Below, piece after piece: positions 51,829 to 62,551 of a stretch of 64,000 nucleotides of DNA. The stretch's first letter is position 1, and each line of letters begins with the position of its first letter. Under the pieces are notes generated by a model, which saw nothing but the letters and a program-made list of their open reading frames with translations, searched no databases and was not told the DNA's origin. This DNA comes from an uncultured Nitrososphaerota archaeon (GTDB lineage Archaea > Thermoproteota > Nitrososphaeria > Nitrososphaerales > CADDZS01): positions 896,001 through 960,000 of the forward strand of contig CAWCYI010000004.1 of NCBI GenBank assembly GCA_963799845.1, given 5' to 3'. The translations under genes and the position numbers were made by a program.

Positions 51829-52652
51829 TTTGCGTTTTTTTGGGGGAACGATTCGCTTTGGATGAAAATATAAACGGAATAAATGTACACTTCATCGACG
51901 TCGGGGTGCAAGACGATAGAAAGTCCCCAGTTGTACTAATCCATGGATTCCCTTTTAGTTCCGAGATGTGGAGCGCCCAGATCCAATTACTAAAAGACGA
52001 ACATCGCGTGATTGCCTACGACATTAGAGGCCATGGCAAGAGCGGTGTTAGCGATGGTCAATACATGCTGGAGTTTTTTGTCGACGATCTAATCGCACTG
52101 CTGGATCATCTCAACGTCTCAAAAGCCGAGTTATGTGGACTTTCTCTGGGTGGGTATATCGCACTACGCACAATAGAAAGAAATCCTGAGAGAGTCTCTT
52201 CACTTATACTTTGTGATACTGGCCCCCAAGCTGATTCAAACGAGGCAAAACTGAGACGCGCCGCCAGCATAAGATCGGTGAAAACTGACGGAGTCAATGC
52301 GTTCGCCGAGACATTCTTGAAGGCAGTTTTTGCACCGGAGAGCTTCCAATCAAAACCTGGAGAAGTGGAAATGATTAGACGGATAATCCAATCCAATTCG
52401 CAAACTGGAATCTGTGGGACATTGCTGGCACTCGCGGGGAGGACCGATACTTCAGATGCCCTATCACGGATCAATGTTCCAACGCTTATTTTGGTTGGAG
52501 AACTGGACAAAGTCACGCCTCCGAATCTCTCTGAGCTGATGCACGATAAGATTCGAAATTCGGAGTTTCACGTACTTCCGAACGCGGCGCATCTGAGCAA
52601 TTTGGAGAATCCTGTTGAATTTAACAAACAATTGACACATTTTGTGGGGTGA
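51825..52652 (+). CDS. Alpha/beta hydrolase (3-oxoadipate enol-lactonase-like)
   Basis: HGFP, D.RGHG.S, GLSLGG, GELD, AAHLSN.E.P. Confidence 0.92.
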   Translation: MICVFLGERFALDENINGINVHFIDVGVQDDRKSPVVLIHGFPFSSEMWSAQIQLLKDEHRVIAYDIRGHGKSGVSDGQYMLEFFVDDLIALLDHLNVSKAELCGLSLGGYIALRTIERNPERVSSLILCDTGPQADSNEAKLRRAASIRSVKTDGVNAFAETFLKAVFAPESFQSKPGEVEMIRRIIQSNSQTGICGTLLALAGRTDTSDALSRINVPTLILVGELDKVTPPNLSELMHDKIRNSEFHVLPNAAHLSNLENPVEFNKQLTHFVG

Positions 52653-52759
52653 GGGTTTGCATGATCTTTCCTCTCTTTTTGCTTGAAAAGCAAACTACTC
52701 TAGTCGCGTTCTTCTATGGGGTAGAGGCTATCGATACTACATCGCAATAATCTACCCTT

Positions 52760-52879
52760 ATGAAAGAAAGGATGGACGACTCTGGCAGTATTACTTGCAG
52801 CTGTGGTAAGACCTTTCCCGACCTACAGACGTTTTCTCGGCATCAGCAGGGAATAGATATTACAGTCGTTCCTTCTTAG
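52760..52879 (+). CDS. Zinc-finger-like microprotein
   Basis: Manual translation MKERMDDSGSITCSCGKTFPDLQTFSRHQQGIDITVVPS. Confidence 0.35.
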   Translation: MKERMDDSGSITCSCGKTFPDLQTFSRHQQGIDITVVPS

Positions 52880-53766
52880 GAAAAGTTCGACAATTGAGTA
52901 GGAATAGTTGAAAGCAACGAATAACCTCTTTCTCTGCACCTGTGTTATGAAATAACCAAGGGTTGTGTGATAAAGTGTACAGAACGTTCATTTTTAGCTT
53001 TCCTTTCGACCCATTGGTATCTATACTACAGTGCATTGTCAGTGAATCGAGAGAATCAGAACATGATGCAGACAAGAGGGAATATTTTGTGAAGTCATTT
53101 GCTGAACTCTGTCAAATGTCGAACGGGTTGCTTAAGCTACTTTACAAGAAATCGGTCAAATATGACGCTCTGGTGATCTCTGCTAGCCTAGGGATATTTG
53201 TATTGACAGTCTTAGCCTTTGTTCAGGCAAGTTAACCCGAATTCGAATGTTGAGAGAAATTTTTCGCTGAGTAATAGCGGTGATCTTAGAGGGATGATCG
53301 AGAATAGTTGCCATCCTACAATGACCACATTCCTAGCTCGGAGAATTTCGCTAATTCTTGGAAGTATCAATTCACCGTAAAGCTCCGACATTTAAGACTG
53401 CGAGCTCGTGATCAGCTACTAATTATTGTTTAATTGCCTTGTCTTATAGTGATTTTGTTTTAGCAAACCAAAGTCTTGATGACGACTCAGGAGGACCTTG
53501 GAAAATCGATTCCGCGGCTAGTTGCTCTGGAGAGATAATCTGTTGATTCTTCGAAGAGCACAGATCTTGTTTCTTAGTTCGAATGTGATGTGTGTAAATT
53601 AGTATTCGAACTTCTCACACGTGAAAAATATTACAAGGTTTTTCCTTTTCGATTATGTCTAGGAGATTCTTGTTAAAGTCGTTTCTTGTTTGACAAATCC
53701 AAACGCTTGGTGTTTGTACGATTAAAGAAGATCAGACTCTGCCAGACACATTACTCCGCAGCATAA

Positions 53767-54719
53767 TTATGTTCGCAAGGTTCTTGCGTGCGGTGCATAT
53801 GCTGAGCTATGTTGAAGTTTTTCAAGCTGCTCCTCATACACGGAATATAACGAGATTATCTCCTGCACAATGTCTATTCTCCCGGTTGAAACTCCCTTTT
53901 GAGCCAAAGCCCAATTCAAGATCTGCTGTGCCATGGCCAGGTTCGTAATTATGAGGGCAAAATATCCGTGATGAAGATCATCCAGATTGGCGAAAATTAG
54001 CTGGTCGCCGAGATAGGAAACAATCTCTTCTACGAGATATTTTCGTCTGGGATCGTCGTAGAATATCAAAAGGCCGCAGGCAATACCTCCGCTCAGGAAC
54101 TTCGGATATCTAGTTCAGCCACCAGGTAAAGTGCGTCCCCTTCGCTCAACCGGTTGATCCTTCGCTTTACCGTCTTAGTCGATAGCCCGAGTTCATTAGC
54201 GATATCTGTGTACGGCTTTAGGGGTTCCTTCTGAAGACTTGCAATTATCCTTAGGTCATAGCTTGACAGTGTAATTCTGCAGATTGGAAAAGGCTCACTG
54301 GCACTGGTTATGGAACTGGATCCTGCAATGCTCGAAATGAGTTCCGTCGTCTTCTTCAGCGTCTGCTCGCCTTCGTAGTAAAAGGCTATGCAGAGTGAGG
54401 GCCCGAAGAGATTTTTTATCACAGCAACGCCGGGGATCAGTGATACCTTCTGAATCACTTCCTGTTTTGCGGATGGACTTTTCACATCAAACCAGATTTG
54501 GGCCATCTTCTGATTGACCAAGTTCGGATTAATACCAACCCACCATCCCCTCAGGAATCCTGACCTCCTGAGCCTGTCGATTCTGTTCTTGACGGTATTC
54601 TCGTCGACCTCTAATTTTCTGGCTATGGAAGACAATGACTTCCTGACGTTTGCATCGACGGGAGACGTAGCCTTGCTTTCGAGAATATCATGTATGATTC
54701 TGACATCAAGGCTGTCCAT
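53767..54719 (-). CDS. Tandem Lrp/AsnC-family regulator; 2-bp indel near 54107
   Basis: Two HTHs (MDSLD.RII...IARKL.VDENTVKNRI; DLRII..L...IANELGLSTKTVKRR); C-terminus continues PKFLSGG...IFYDD. Confidence 0.82.
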
Positions 54720-54826
54720 TTTTCTTAATCTGATTCCGATATTCGTCTATATTTATCTGATCTGGTGACAATTTTCTATTCAAACTCACGGTGAATTCTT
54801 ATCGTGAAGTTACCAAGCCCCTGAGC

Positions 54827-55246
54827 ATGAGCAAGCAAGAAAACTTACAGACATTCAACGAATGGATAAGCGCGCATAGGGCACACGATCTCGACAAGCT
54901 GATTGGCTTCGTGACCGATGACGTTGTCATCAGAAGCGCAGCCGGCGAGAACATGCCGCCAGCCAATGGGAAGGCCGAAGCCCGAGAGCACTGGCAGGGG
55001 ATATACAACACGTTTCCAGACTTTAAGATGGAAGCTGTTGCTCTAACTGCAGAAGACGATAGATTAGTCGCCGAAATCTCGCATGGAGGAACTATGAAGG
55101 GAAAGATGGGCAATCAAGAACCAACAGGGAAATCCTATCGGTTAACTGGAGCTTTCCGAATGGACTTCACAAACGGCAAGATTCAGCATATCCAATCATA
55201 CTGGGACACGGCTTCGATGGCGGGTCAGTTGGGCTTACTGCCTTAA
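54827..55246 (+). CDS. SnoaL-like ester cyclase family protein
   Basis: AHDLD, FPDF, GT..G, PTGK, YWD; divergent from the Lrp regulator. Confidence 0.88.
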   Translation: MSKQENLQTFNEWISAHRAHDLDKLIGFVTDDVVIRSAAGENMPPANGKAEAREHWQGIYNTFPDFKMEAVALTAEDDRLVAEISHGGTMKGKMGNQEPTGKSYRLTGAFRMDFTNGKIQHIQSYWDTASMAGQLGLLP

Positions 55247-55640
55247 CGACCCCCCCTCCTTCTTTATTTCTGCCCAAAAAAACGGTTAATTTTAGCCAAC
55301 TAACTGTTTGAAGTTGCTTTTCTGATTCCTTTGAGACTGCGATTCACTTAGTTACGAACTACTCAAACTATCCAACGATATCGTTGGGATGCCTGAGTTG
55401 AGGCGCAGATCACCTTGAACCCGAATTCAACCTCAAAGAATAGATCTTGGCGCGCCATTCGTCTACCCATTCATTCATCTCTCCAGCTTTGACTCGGGTA
55501 GCCACGAAACTGGAATTCCATATCGGAATGTCTTAATATTTTTAGATCACAATGTTATCCTGATCGTTATCCTTTTGTTCAATCGGTTGCGATAACCAAG
55601 TTCTTCAGCTCGTATGAGGTAGGTCAACAAAACGAAAATC

Positions 55641-56219
55641 TTGGTTATGTCGGATACACACTATCCGCTGACAGACACAAAGCAATTCCTGAGCATCATA
55701 AACGAAGAACGGCCAGACAAAACAATCTTCTTGGGAGATAACGTCCAGAATATCAGTTATGCCGATGAATTCCTACGGCTAATTCAAACATCTCCTTGCA
55801 AAGACTACTCCTTCATAGTGGGTGACCATGATTTTTCTCAACATGGTGAAAAATCACTGACTCTGGATCTAAATGGTAGAAAACTCATTTTCATTCATGG
55901 GTTTCAATTTAATTTACATTCGGAGTATATGACGGGCAGGTTAGCGTCCACACTGAGAAAGCTAGATAGCAATTTACCCGTGCTAGGATACGCGGTATTC
56001 TCAAAAATCAAATCGCGAACCAATAACACCTATTTGATACTCGGACACTCTCACGCGCTAAAGTTCTTTCCGAGATTGAAGATAGCTTGCGCCGGTTGTT
56101 TGACGACCGAGAAAAACATCTACAACGACAGGGGATATCTGGTCTTCAATACAGTGGATGACAGTGTGTTACTTTCTGTTAACAAGCTTGATGGTGGTAG
56201 TCACATCTTCGAAATCTAG
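55641..56219 (+). CDS. Calcineurin-like metallophosphoesterase
   Basis: SDTH, LGD, GDHD, IHG, GHSH. Confidence 0.8.
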   Translation: MVMSDTHYPLTDTKQFLSIINEERPDKTIFLGDNVQNISYADEFLRLIQTSPCKDYSFIVGDHDFSQHGEKSLTLDLNGRKLIFIHGFQFNLHSEYMTGRLASTLRKLDSNLPVLGYAVFSKIKSRTNNTYLILGHSHALKFFPRLKIACAGCLTTEKNIYNDRGYLVFNTVDDSVLLSVNKLDGGSHIFEI

Positions 56220-56744
56220 CTATACACAAAAGCACGTACTGGTGCTGTTGTTTCCAGACGGGCCGTTTGTAATCAAACAAGGTGATGTTACGGTCGTGGT
56301 GTTGTAAGTGATTAATGAATCAACGGTGATGTTTTCGTATGATGTAGTGGTCGTAATGCTCGTTGATGTGGCGAGCGTGGCGTTAAAGTATTGATCAGTC
56401 GCATTTGTGGGAAACTGATAGATCGTAGAAGATTCACTAGTGTATCCTAGAAAACACACTGCATTTTCAACGATTTCCGTGACAAGCACCAATTGAACTA
56501 TCTTCTGCGGCCTGAGGGATTCATTTACTGTCTTCGTCAAGGTCGTTTCTGCTGTCTGATTAGAAACCAGAGTCGTTAGAAACTGTCTAATTATAGTCTG
56601 GTTCGAAATGATCTTTACAGTTCGAAGAACGGTACTTGTCTCCGTAGTAGTCGAGTAAAAAGAAAGGCTGATCGAAAGACCAATTAAAAGAACCATGAAA
56701 GCAACAACAAGTATAACGATCAGGACTTTAATTGTGGAGCTCAA
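56220..56744 (-). CDS. Thr-rich membrane-anchored protein
   Basis: N-terminal TM, T-rich, C-terminal Cys residues. Confidence 0.6.
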   Translation of the reverse strand: MSSTIKVLIVILVVAFMVLLIGLSISLSFYSTTTETSTVLRTVKIISNQTIIRQFLTTLVSNQTAETTLTKTVNESLRPQKIVQLVLVTEIVENAVCFLGYTSESSTIYQFPTNATDQYFNATLATSTSITTTTSYENITVDSLITYNTTTVTSPCLITNGPSGNNSTSTCFCV

Positions 56745-57071
56745 TCGGAAGGAATCTAACAGTAGAATCTATTTTAGGATTGTTTTGTAATCGCTCATGA
56801 TAGGTTGTTTAGGCACCGACGAAAATCCTGCAAGTAATTTTTGCAATGCCCAACAAACACTGCATTGCTATGAAGAATGGATTAAGAAATAATTACCTAG
56901 AGTGGGGTTATCGTGAGCTTCTGCAGAGGTCCGCCACGTTCGCAGACATGCCTCACGCGTACCACATTACCCGAGATTTCGCGAATCTCTGAGCCGTCTA
57001 GGATAGGAATAGTTGTATCTATTCATAGATAACCTTTTCGCTATTTCCACTCTGTACTCGCAAGATCGAAA

Positions 57072-58038
57072 TCAGATCGGGTATTCGCCACACGCAGTGC
57101 AAAAAGTAGCCAAATTAGTTATATTCGAATTGCACGCGGAGCATACTCTTCGCGATCTATCTGGCCGGAGGGCCGAACGCATTTCGGTAAATTTCGTAGT
57201 AATGCAATTGTTCCTTGTCGCGCAATCTTTCTCCGTCACTTTCAAAGTACCGTCTCTTCTTCTCGCTGAATTCATCGTTGAGAATTTTCATCGAATAAAA
57301 CTGAGGGAGGATCGTCGTCCCAGAACCGTACTCTATCGGGGTCTTTTTTCTCCACACAATCTCTTCAGGAAGCTTGCTTTCGAATGCTTTTCTCAACAGA
57401 TACTTTCCAAAGACCTGACCTTCTCTCTTCCCTACGAGGTACTCGAAGGGTATCTCCTTCATTGCGAAATCTCTAACCCTCTCGTCGAGGAATGTGAGTA
57501 TTGCTTTGATTTCTAGTGACCTCGCGAGCGGAATCGAGGAGAAGTGCATCACTTCCCACAAGTGTTTGAGTTTAGCTTGGGCCTCTGCTTTCTGGAGTGA
57601 ATTTACAAAACTGTATCCTGCAAAAAGTTCATCCGCCGCGTCTCCCGTCAGAACTCGCTGAAAACCTTTGGATTCCGCCCTCTCTAGTCCAAGAAAAACA
57701 GTAACACTGTTCCTAACTTCCATCGGATCGAAAGACTTGAGTGTCTTGATGACTTTTGGTAATGATGATTCTATTTCGTTAAAGTTGACTTCGATGATAT
57801 CGTGTCGAATCCCGAATTTCCCGGCAAGCATCTTGGAAAAGTCGAGATCAGGCGCAGGAGAATCTTTCAATATCACCGTAAATGCGTGGATTTTCTGATC
57901 AAGTGACGTCGCGATTGTAACGATAATGCTAGTGTCCAGTCCTCCAGAGAGGAGGATCGAATCTCCATTTCCATCTTGGACGGATGAATAAAGCAGCTCT
58001 TTGAGTCTCGAAGAGGTTTGCTCGAGACTTATCTCCAA
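57072..58038 (-). CDS. Asparagine synthetase C-terminal-domain protein with C-terminal double zinc ribbon; +1 indel near 57163
   Basis: LLSGGLDTS, TGDAADELFAGY, KYLLRKAF, WRKK.P...GSG; CSAC...FCTACGEYPI continues in a shifted frame. Confidence 0.85.
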
Positions 58039-58043
58039 ACTGG

Positions 58044-58529
58044 TCACGGAGAAGTACAATTACCGCTACAGAAGCTCCAGGCGAAGACGGAGTCGTTGGT
58101 TACCTGAAGTTCGTCGGGGCCGACCGGTGCCTGTTGCCATGAAGTCGTCTTGTTGTAGGTCCACAAGAGCCAGTACATCGTATTCGTATTCCCTACATTC
58201 AAGATCGCTGTAACAAAATGAGACTGATACTGCGGATAGTAAGTCGCGTTGACGTCGCCCTTAGCAATTATCTGCGTTTCTACGTAGAGGTTAGTTCCGG
58301 GCTGCACGTTTGTAACGTTGTACCAATTTCTGGTCCCATTCCCGAAATCGATCAGGACATTTGAAAGGTACTTGACGTTCAACTGATTCAATTCTTGAAC
58401 ATAGGTCGAATTCTCCGAAGCAACCTGGCTGTACTGGTAGTAGTACAATCCCGCAATGCTTGACACAATCACTATTATCGCGACGAGGACCGCGATCAGG
58501 CCGTAGATAGATCTCGGCCGCGTCGTCAA
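58044..58529 (-). CDS. Membrane-anchored DUF4430-like (transcobalamin C-terminal-like) protein
   Basis: TM, IDFGNGT..W, FVTAI, YW.LW, APVG...L.V. Confidence 0.65.
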   Translation of the reverse strand: MTTRPRSIYGLIAVLVAIIVIVSSIAGLYYYQYSQVASENSTYVQELNQLNVKYLSNVLIDFGNGTRNWYNVTNVQPGTNLYVETQIIAKGDVNATYYPQYQSHFVTAILNVGNTNTMYWLLWTYNKTTSWQQAPVGPDELQVTNDSVFAWSFCSGNCTSP

Positions 58530-59138
58530 TTTGCAGAACCTCCATTTGAGCTGAGAGGTTGCGTTCCCTCAACCGTCGAAGACAGTAATTTGTTACTTTG
58601 CGGTCTCAAACGTCTGAAGTAAACTATGATAACTGATGCGAGAGCCGCCCCGATCACGAAGTCTCCGAGCTCATGGAACACCATGAACGGAACCCCAAAC
58701 GCTTCAAAATAAAGGAACTTTGCCAAAGTCAGATAGGGCCACGTCGCTATGATGGCTGTGCCGAAATTTGTGATAGTATCCCAGAAAAAAGCGCAGATCG
58801 CCATTATCGAGCCGAAGATTAGGTTCAGAGAAGAAACGGGGGCGATGTCCTGACCCCAGACCCTTGAAGCCCCCCAGCCAGCCAAAACGTAGACCAAATT
58901 TCCTGCGATAAGAAACGGGATGATTGGTCCTCCGAAACCATAAGGGCTGATACTTCCCCAAATCAATTCAGAGAGAACAGCTGATAGACGTACCAATTTT
59001 AAGACCGAGGGAATAGGTCGAGGCAAAGGTGAGAGTAAATACGAGCTTGACGTTTGGTATCGGAGCGAGTACATAGTCGCTTGCAATGATCAGTGAAGTG
59101 AAAATAGCAATGATTGAAATACTCTTTGTAGATTGCAT
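58526..59138 (-). CDS. ECF transporter S-component (CbrT-like); +1 indel near 58981
   Basis: Restored N-terminus MQSTKSISIIAIFTSLIIASDYVLAPIPNVKL; SP.GFG, D..TN, G.PF...H. Confidence 0.7.
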
Positions 59139-59186
59139 GGCTGGCTGGCTTAGCCAGACAGCTCCTTAAGCATTTCGTGGGAGGCC

Positions 59187-59220
59187 AAAAAGGGAAATGA
59201 AGGGAGGAAAACATCCTCCC
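59187..59220 (-). terminator. Hairpin plus pyrimidine tract after SIMPL gene
   Basis: GGGAGGA/TCCTCCC stem followed by TTCATTTCCCTTTTT on the minus strand. Confidence 0.45.
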
Positions 59221-59242
59221 GATTGATCGGATTTTCGCGTTA

Positions 59243-60043
59243 CTAGCCCAGCAGATAGACGACCTGCACCTGCATGGTGTATTGAGTCTGGCCCGGCGAG
59301 ATCGGGACCGAGTAATTCACTGAAGTAGTTGACGCGAGGACAACCTCACTGCCGTATGAGTAGTAGTTTGGCTGCTGATAGTTAGATCCAAGAACTGAAA
59401 CACTCTGTATTCCAACGATCTTCACGTTCTCTGATCCTGCTGTCAGGAGAGCGGTCTCATTCGCACTGGCGATTGCATTCTTTAGAGCCTGATTTTGGAG
59501 CTGAGTCTGCAGAGAATTTGAAAGTACGTACTGGATGCTCTGAATCTGGTTTACTCCGGCATTCACGGCCGCATTGATTACGCTGTCAAGCTTGGAGACG
59601 TCACTGCCCGAGAGAGTTACCTGAACGTTGTTGCTCGCCTGATACCCGTTTATGGTGTTGGAATACTGCGCATAGGTCGGACCAAAATTGAAGTTTGTAG
59701 TCTGAACATCGCTGCTGTTGATTCCCACGCCCTTTTCGATTGCGGTAATAACGTTCGTCATGTTAGCGCTGTTTTGCAATAGAACGGAAGTAGCGTTCGG
59801 CCCCGAATTTGTCACGCCCAGGACGATCTGGACCTCATCCGGTATCGCGCTTGCGATTCCGACACCCGGAACTGAGATCGTTGACGGCGTGCTGCTGCTA
59901 TTTGTCGAAACCGTGCTCACAGTATCGGCTTGAGAGGCCCTCGACACTGTCGCGGAATACGCGACAAGCCCGAGGAAGGCCACGGCTAGGATTGCTATCA
60001 CAAGAGATATTCCCACTATCTTACCAGACATATTGTTGCTCAT
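59243..60043 (-). CDS. SIMPL (DUF541) domain protein
   Basis: ISV.G.G....PD, QT.N....P.Y, GYQASN, G.NQI, PISPG. Confidence 0.88.
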   Translation of the reverse strand: MSNNMSGKIVGISLVIAILAVAFLGLVAYSATVSRASQADTVSTVSTNSSSTPSTISVPGVGIASAIPDEVQIVLGVTNSGPNATSVLLQNSANMTNVITAIEKGVGINSSDVQTTNFNFGPTYAQYSNTINGYQASNNVQVTLSGSDVSKLDSVINAAVNAGVNQIQSIQYVLSNSLQTQLQNQALKNAIASANETALLTAGSENVKIVGIQSVSVLGSNYQQPNYYSYGSEVVLASTTSVNYSVPISPGQTQYTMQVQVVYLLG

Positions 60044-60170
60044 GGTCTGGAGTAGACAAAGGGCGGCCGATTTAGTTCTAGGGTAAAGAACAGTGATGTT
60101 GACTCTCAGAACGATCCCGAATGAAATGGCAAGGAAGCGTTATTTGGCTGCAGTCCAGTTTTAGGTCCCT

Positions 60171-60464
60171 ATGGTCAGGACATGGGTCTCCGGCGGCCAG
60201 AACACCGAGGTGGTCGACAGACTCCGAAGGGAAATCTCCGATCTTGAGGCCAAGAGGGACAAACTGGTCGACTCTAACAAGTCAAAACTATTCCAGTGGG
60301 CGTCGCGCGCGCTCAAATCAGACAGCATACCTTCAGGAAACTTGACAAAAGAAATCAGGGAGATTATGGCAGAATACGAGTCGATAACCCAGGAGCTCTT
60401 TGACAAGGAAGTGCTTCTTTCAGAGAGAATGGACGAGCAGGCGAAATTCGATTCATTGGGCTGA
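60171..60464 (+). CDS. Small coiled-coil hypothetical protein
   Basis: Charged helical composition. Confidence 0.55.
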   Translation: MVRTWVSGGQNTEVVDRLRREISDLEAKRDKLVDSNKSKLFQWASRALKSDSIPSGNLTKEIREIMAEYESITQELFDKEVLLSERMDEQAKFDSLG

Positions 60465-60532
60465 TTGTCCATTATTGTGTTTCTAAAGTTTCGTTAAAAT
60501 CCGTCTGAATTTCATTTTGAGGTCGGAACGCT

Positions 60533-60895
60533 TTGCGCAGTTCGGCAGGCTTCATCGTGGGAATTCTCTTTCTCTCTTTGGGAAGCTTGATTATGATTAC
60601 AAAACTTCTTACTCCAACTATATGTTCGTGTCCAGCTCAACAGGTCGGACAGCCGAATACTTGTGTCTGCCAACCCGACTTGTCATTCTATCTCTCAATG
60701 ATTTTCGGCTTGATTATAGTCACAATGGGGGTCGCAATTGCAATCAACTACGGCAGAAATCCAAGAGCTTCGGGAATCTTTGGAAGTAGTGACCCCAGAA
60801 AATTAGGCGCACAAAACTGTTCAAAACATAATCCTGTTTACCAATCTGGAAAAATAGACACTTTCTCCGAGGTCTTAATTACTAGATTTCATTGA
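60533..60895 (+). CDS. Two-TM protein with Cys-rich loop
   Basis: TM - CSCPAQ...CVC - TM. Confidence 0.5.
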   Translation: MRSSAGFIVGILFLSLGSLIMITKLLTPTICSCPAQQVGQPNTCVCQPDLSFYLSMIFGLIIVTMGVAIAINYGRNPRASGIFGSSDPRKLGAQNCSKHNPVYQSGKIDTFSEVLITRFH

Positions 60896-60950
60896 TTCTT
60901 ATATAGAATTTTTTTTCTGCGTTTCACACACGTGAGCACTTTTCAGCCAA

Positions 60951-61040
60951 AGAGCTGACGTTCAAGCTTTGTAAGCTCAGAAGAGCTTGAAACGAGCTGA
61001 ACGGAGCTCAGTAAGCTCGGAACGAATTGAACGGAGCACA
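60951..61040. repeat. Degenerate ~10-bp-periodic AGCT array
   Basis: AGCT at 60953, 60965, 60974, 60984, 60995, 61005, 61014; variants at 61025 and 61035. Confidence 0.7.
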
Positions 61041-61126
61041 AAGAAAGTGGCGATGGAGAGGGGGCCCCCTAGGAGTTCTACAATCGTTCGTGTGTACTCC
61101 TTAGAAAATGGAATCCGAAGGGCCTT

Positions 61127-62533
61127 CTAGTCATCTTCCAGTCTGAGAACTTTTCCGGGATTCAGAATGTTGTTTGGGTCCCACTGTTTTTTGAGATGCC
61201 GCATTAGCTCGAGGACTTCTCTTCCATTGCTCTTTAGGAGCTGGGCCTCCGCGAAGGCTATCTTCTGCTCTCCGATCCCGTGTTCTCCTGTGACAGATCC
61301 CCCGACTTCAATCGCATAGTTGCAGATATCCGCGAACGCCAGATCAGCCGCCTCCCTGGACTCTTTCGAATTTTCATCATACAGAATGCTCGGGTGCACA
61401 TTGCCGTCTCCCGCGTGGCCTCCTGTGGGGATCCGCAGGCCGTATTTTTTCGAGACCTGCTTTACAAATTCCAGATAGTCCACGAGCTTGTCTATGGGAA
61501 CCACCACGTCCTCCGTGTGCAGCGCCATGTTGAGCGACTTTAATCCCATGTAGTTGAGCATCCTGGCATTGTACAGCCGCTCCTCGTCCGCCTCGTCCTT
61601 TGCCACGTAATTTGCGGTCGAGCCGCACTCTTGGCAGATCTTGAGCAGCTCGGATAATCTGGAATCCGTCTCGATGAACAGGATGGCCTCGTCTTCCGGT
61701 ACGCCTAGATCAAACGCAGTGTTGACGGAGTGCATCGTCTCCCTGTCCATGAACTCCAGCAGCACGGGCTGGATCCTATTTTCCCTGATCTTCTGGATCG
61801 CCTTCCCCGCGGACGCCCAGTTATCGAAAAAGACAAGCAGCCTCTTGTGCTCGGCACTCTTCGGAGGGATGGGAGTGATCTTCACCCACGCCTCGGTGAT
61901 CAGACCCAAAGTCCCCTCGCTACCGCACATAAGATGGACGAAATCGTAACCCACGCGGTTCTTCGGCAGGGGCTCGCCAAATTTTACGATTGATCCGTCG
62001 GCGAGGACAACCCTCAGTGACAATATCCAGTCCTTCACGGTGCCGTACTTGAAGCACTTCATGCCTCCCGAGTTCTCCGCGATTGCGCCGCCGATTGTGC
62101 ACCAGGGAGTGCTCCCTGGATCTGGCGGAAAGAAAAATCCATACTTTTTCAGCTCGTCGTTCAGGTCTTCAAGAACAACTCCTGCCTCGACGTGCGCGTA
62201 CCAGTTTACCGTGTCGATTTTCAGGATTTTCTTCATCCGGGTGAAATCGACTACTATCCAGCCGTGGGCCGATGACGCACCGGTCAAACTCGTTCCGGCA
62301 CCCCTCGCTACGATGGGAGTTCGCGTTTCATTTGCTCTTGCGACTATCTTTGAGACTTGCAAAGTCGAATCGGGGCGCAAGACGAACAGTGGTTCGGAGG
62401 GGTAATCCGCCATGTCCTTGAGATAGTCCTGGATCTTTTCCTGAGAACTGGTCCGAATGATGTTCTGCTCGCCCAGGAGCCCAACAAAATATTCCGGCGA
62501 CGACTCCACTTCGTTCACTGTCCCAGTTTTCAT
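61127..62533 (-). CDS. FAD-linked oxidase (GlcD / D-lactate dehydrogenase family)
   Basis: RGAGTSL.G, PPDPGS, GSEGTLG, GHAGDGNVHP, GEHGIG, ILNPGK. Confidence 0.93.
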   Translation of the reverse strand: MKTGTVNEVESSPEYFVGLLGEQNIIRTSSQEKIQDYLKDMADYPSEPLFVLRPDSTLQVSKIVARANETRTPIVARGAGTSLTGASSAHGWIVVDFTRMKKILKIDTVNWYAHVEAGVVLEDLNDELKKYGFFFPPDPGSTPWCTIGGAIAENSGGMKCFKYGTVKDWILSLRVVLADGSIVKFGEPLPKNRVGYDFVHLMCGSEGTLGLITEAWVKITPIPPKSAEHKRLLVFFDNWASAGKAIQKIRENRIQPVLLEFMDRETMHSVNTAFDLGVPEDEAILFIETDSRLSELLKICQECGSTANYVAKDEADEERLYNARMLNYMGLKSLNMALHTEDVVVPIDKLVDYLEFVKQVSKKYGLRIPTGGHAGDGNVHPSILYDENSKESREAADLAFADICNYAIEVGGSVTGEHGIGEQKIAFAEAQLLKSNGREVLELMRHLKKQWDPNNILNPGKVLRLEDD

Positions 62534-62551
62534 TCGGAAAAGTGGAGCGTC

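Noticed and set aside
56971-56995. Inverted fragment resembling the 31337/44761 repeat (CCGAGATT...CTGAGCC)
   Set aside because: Only two 7-8 bp matches in altered order; could be chance.
59138-59240. Cobalamin riboswitch upstream of the ECF S-component
   Set aside because: Only ~100 bp are available, no B12-box is seen, and the hairpin present fits a terminator of the upstream gene.
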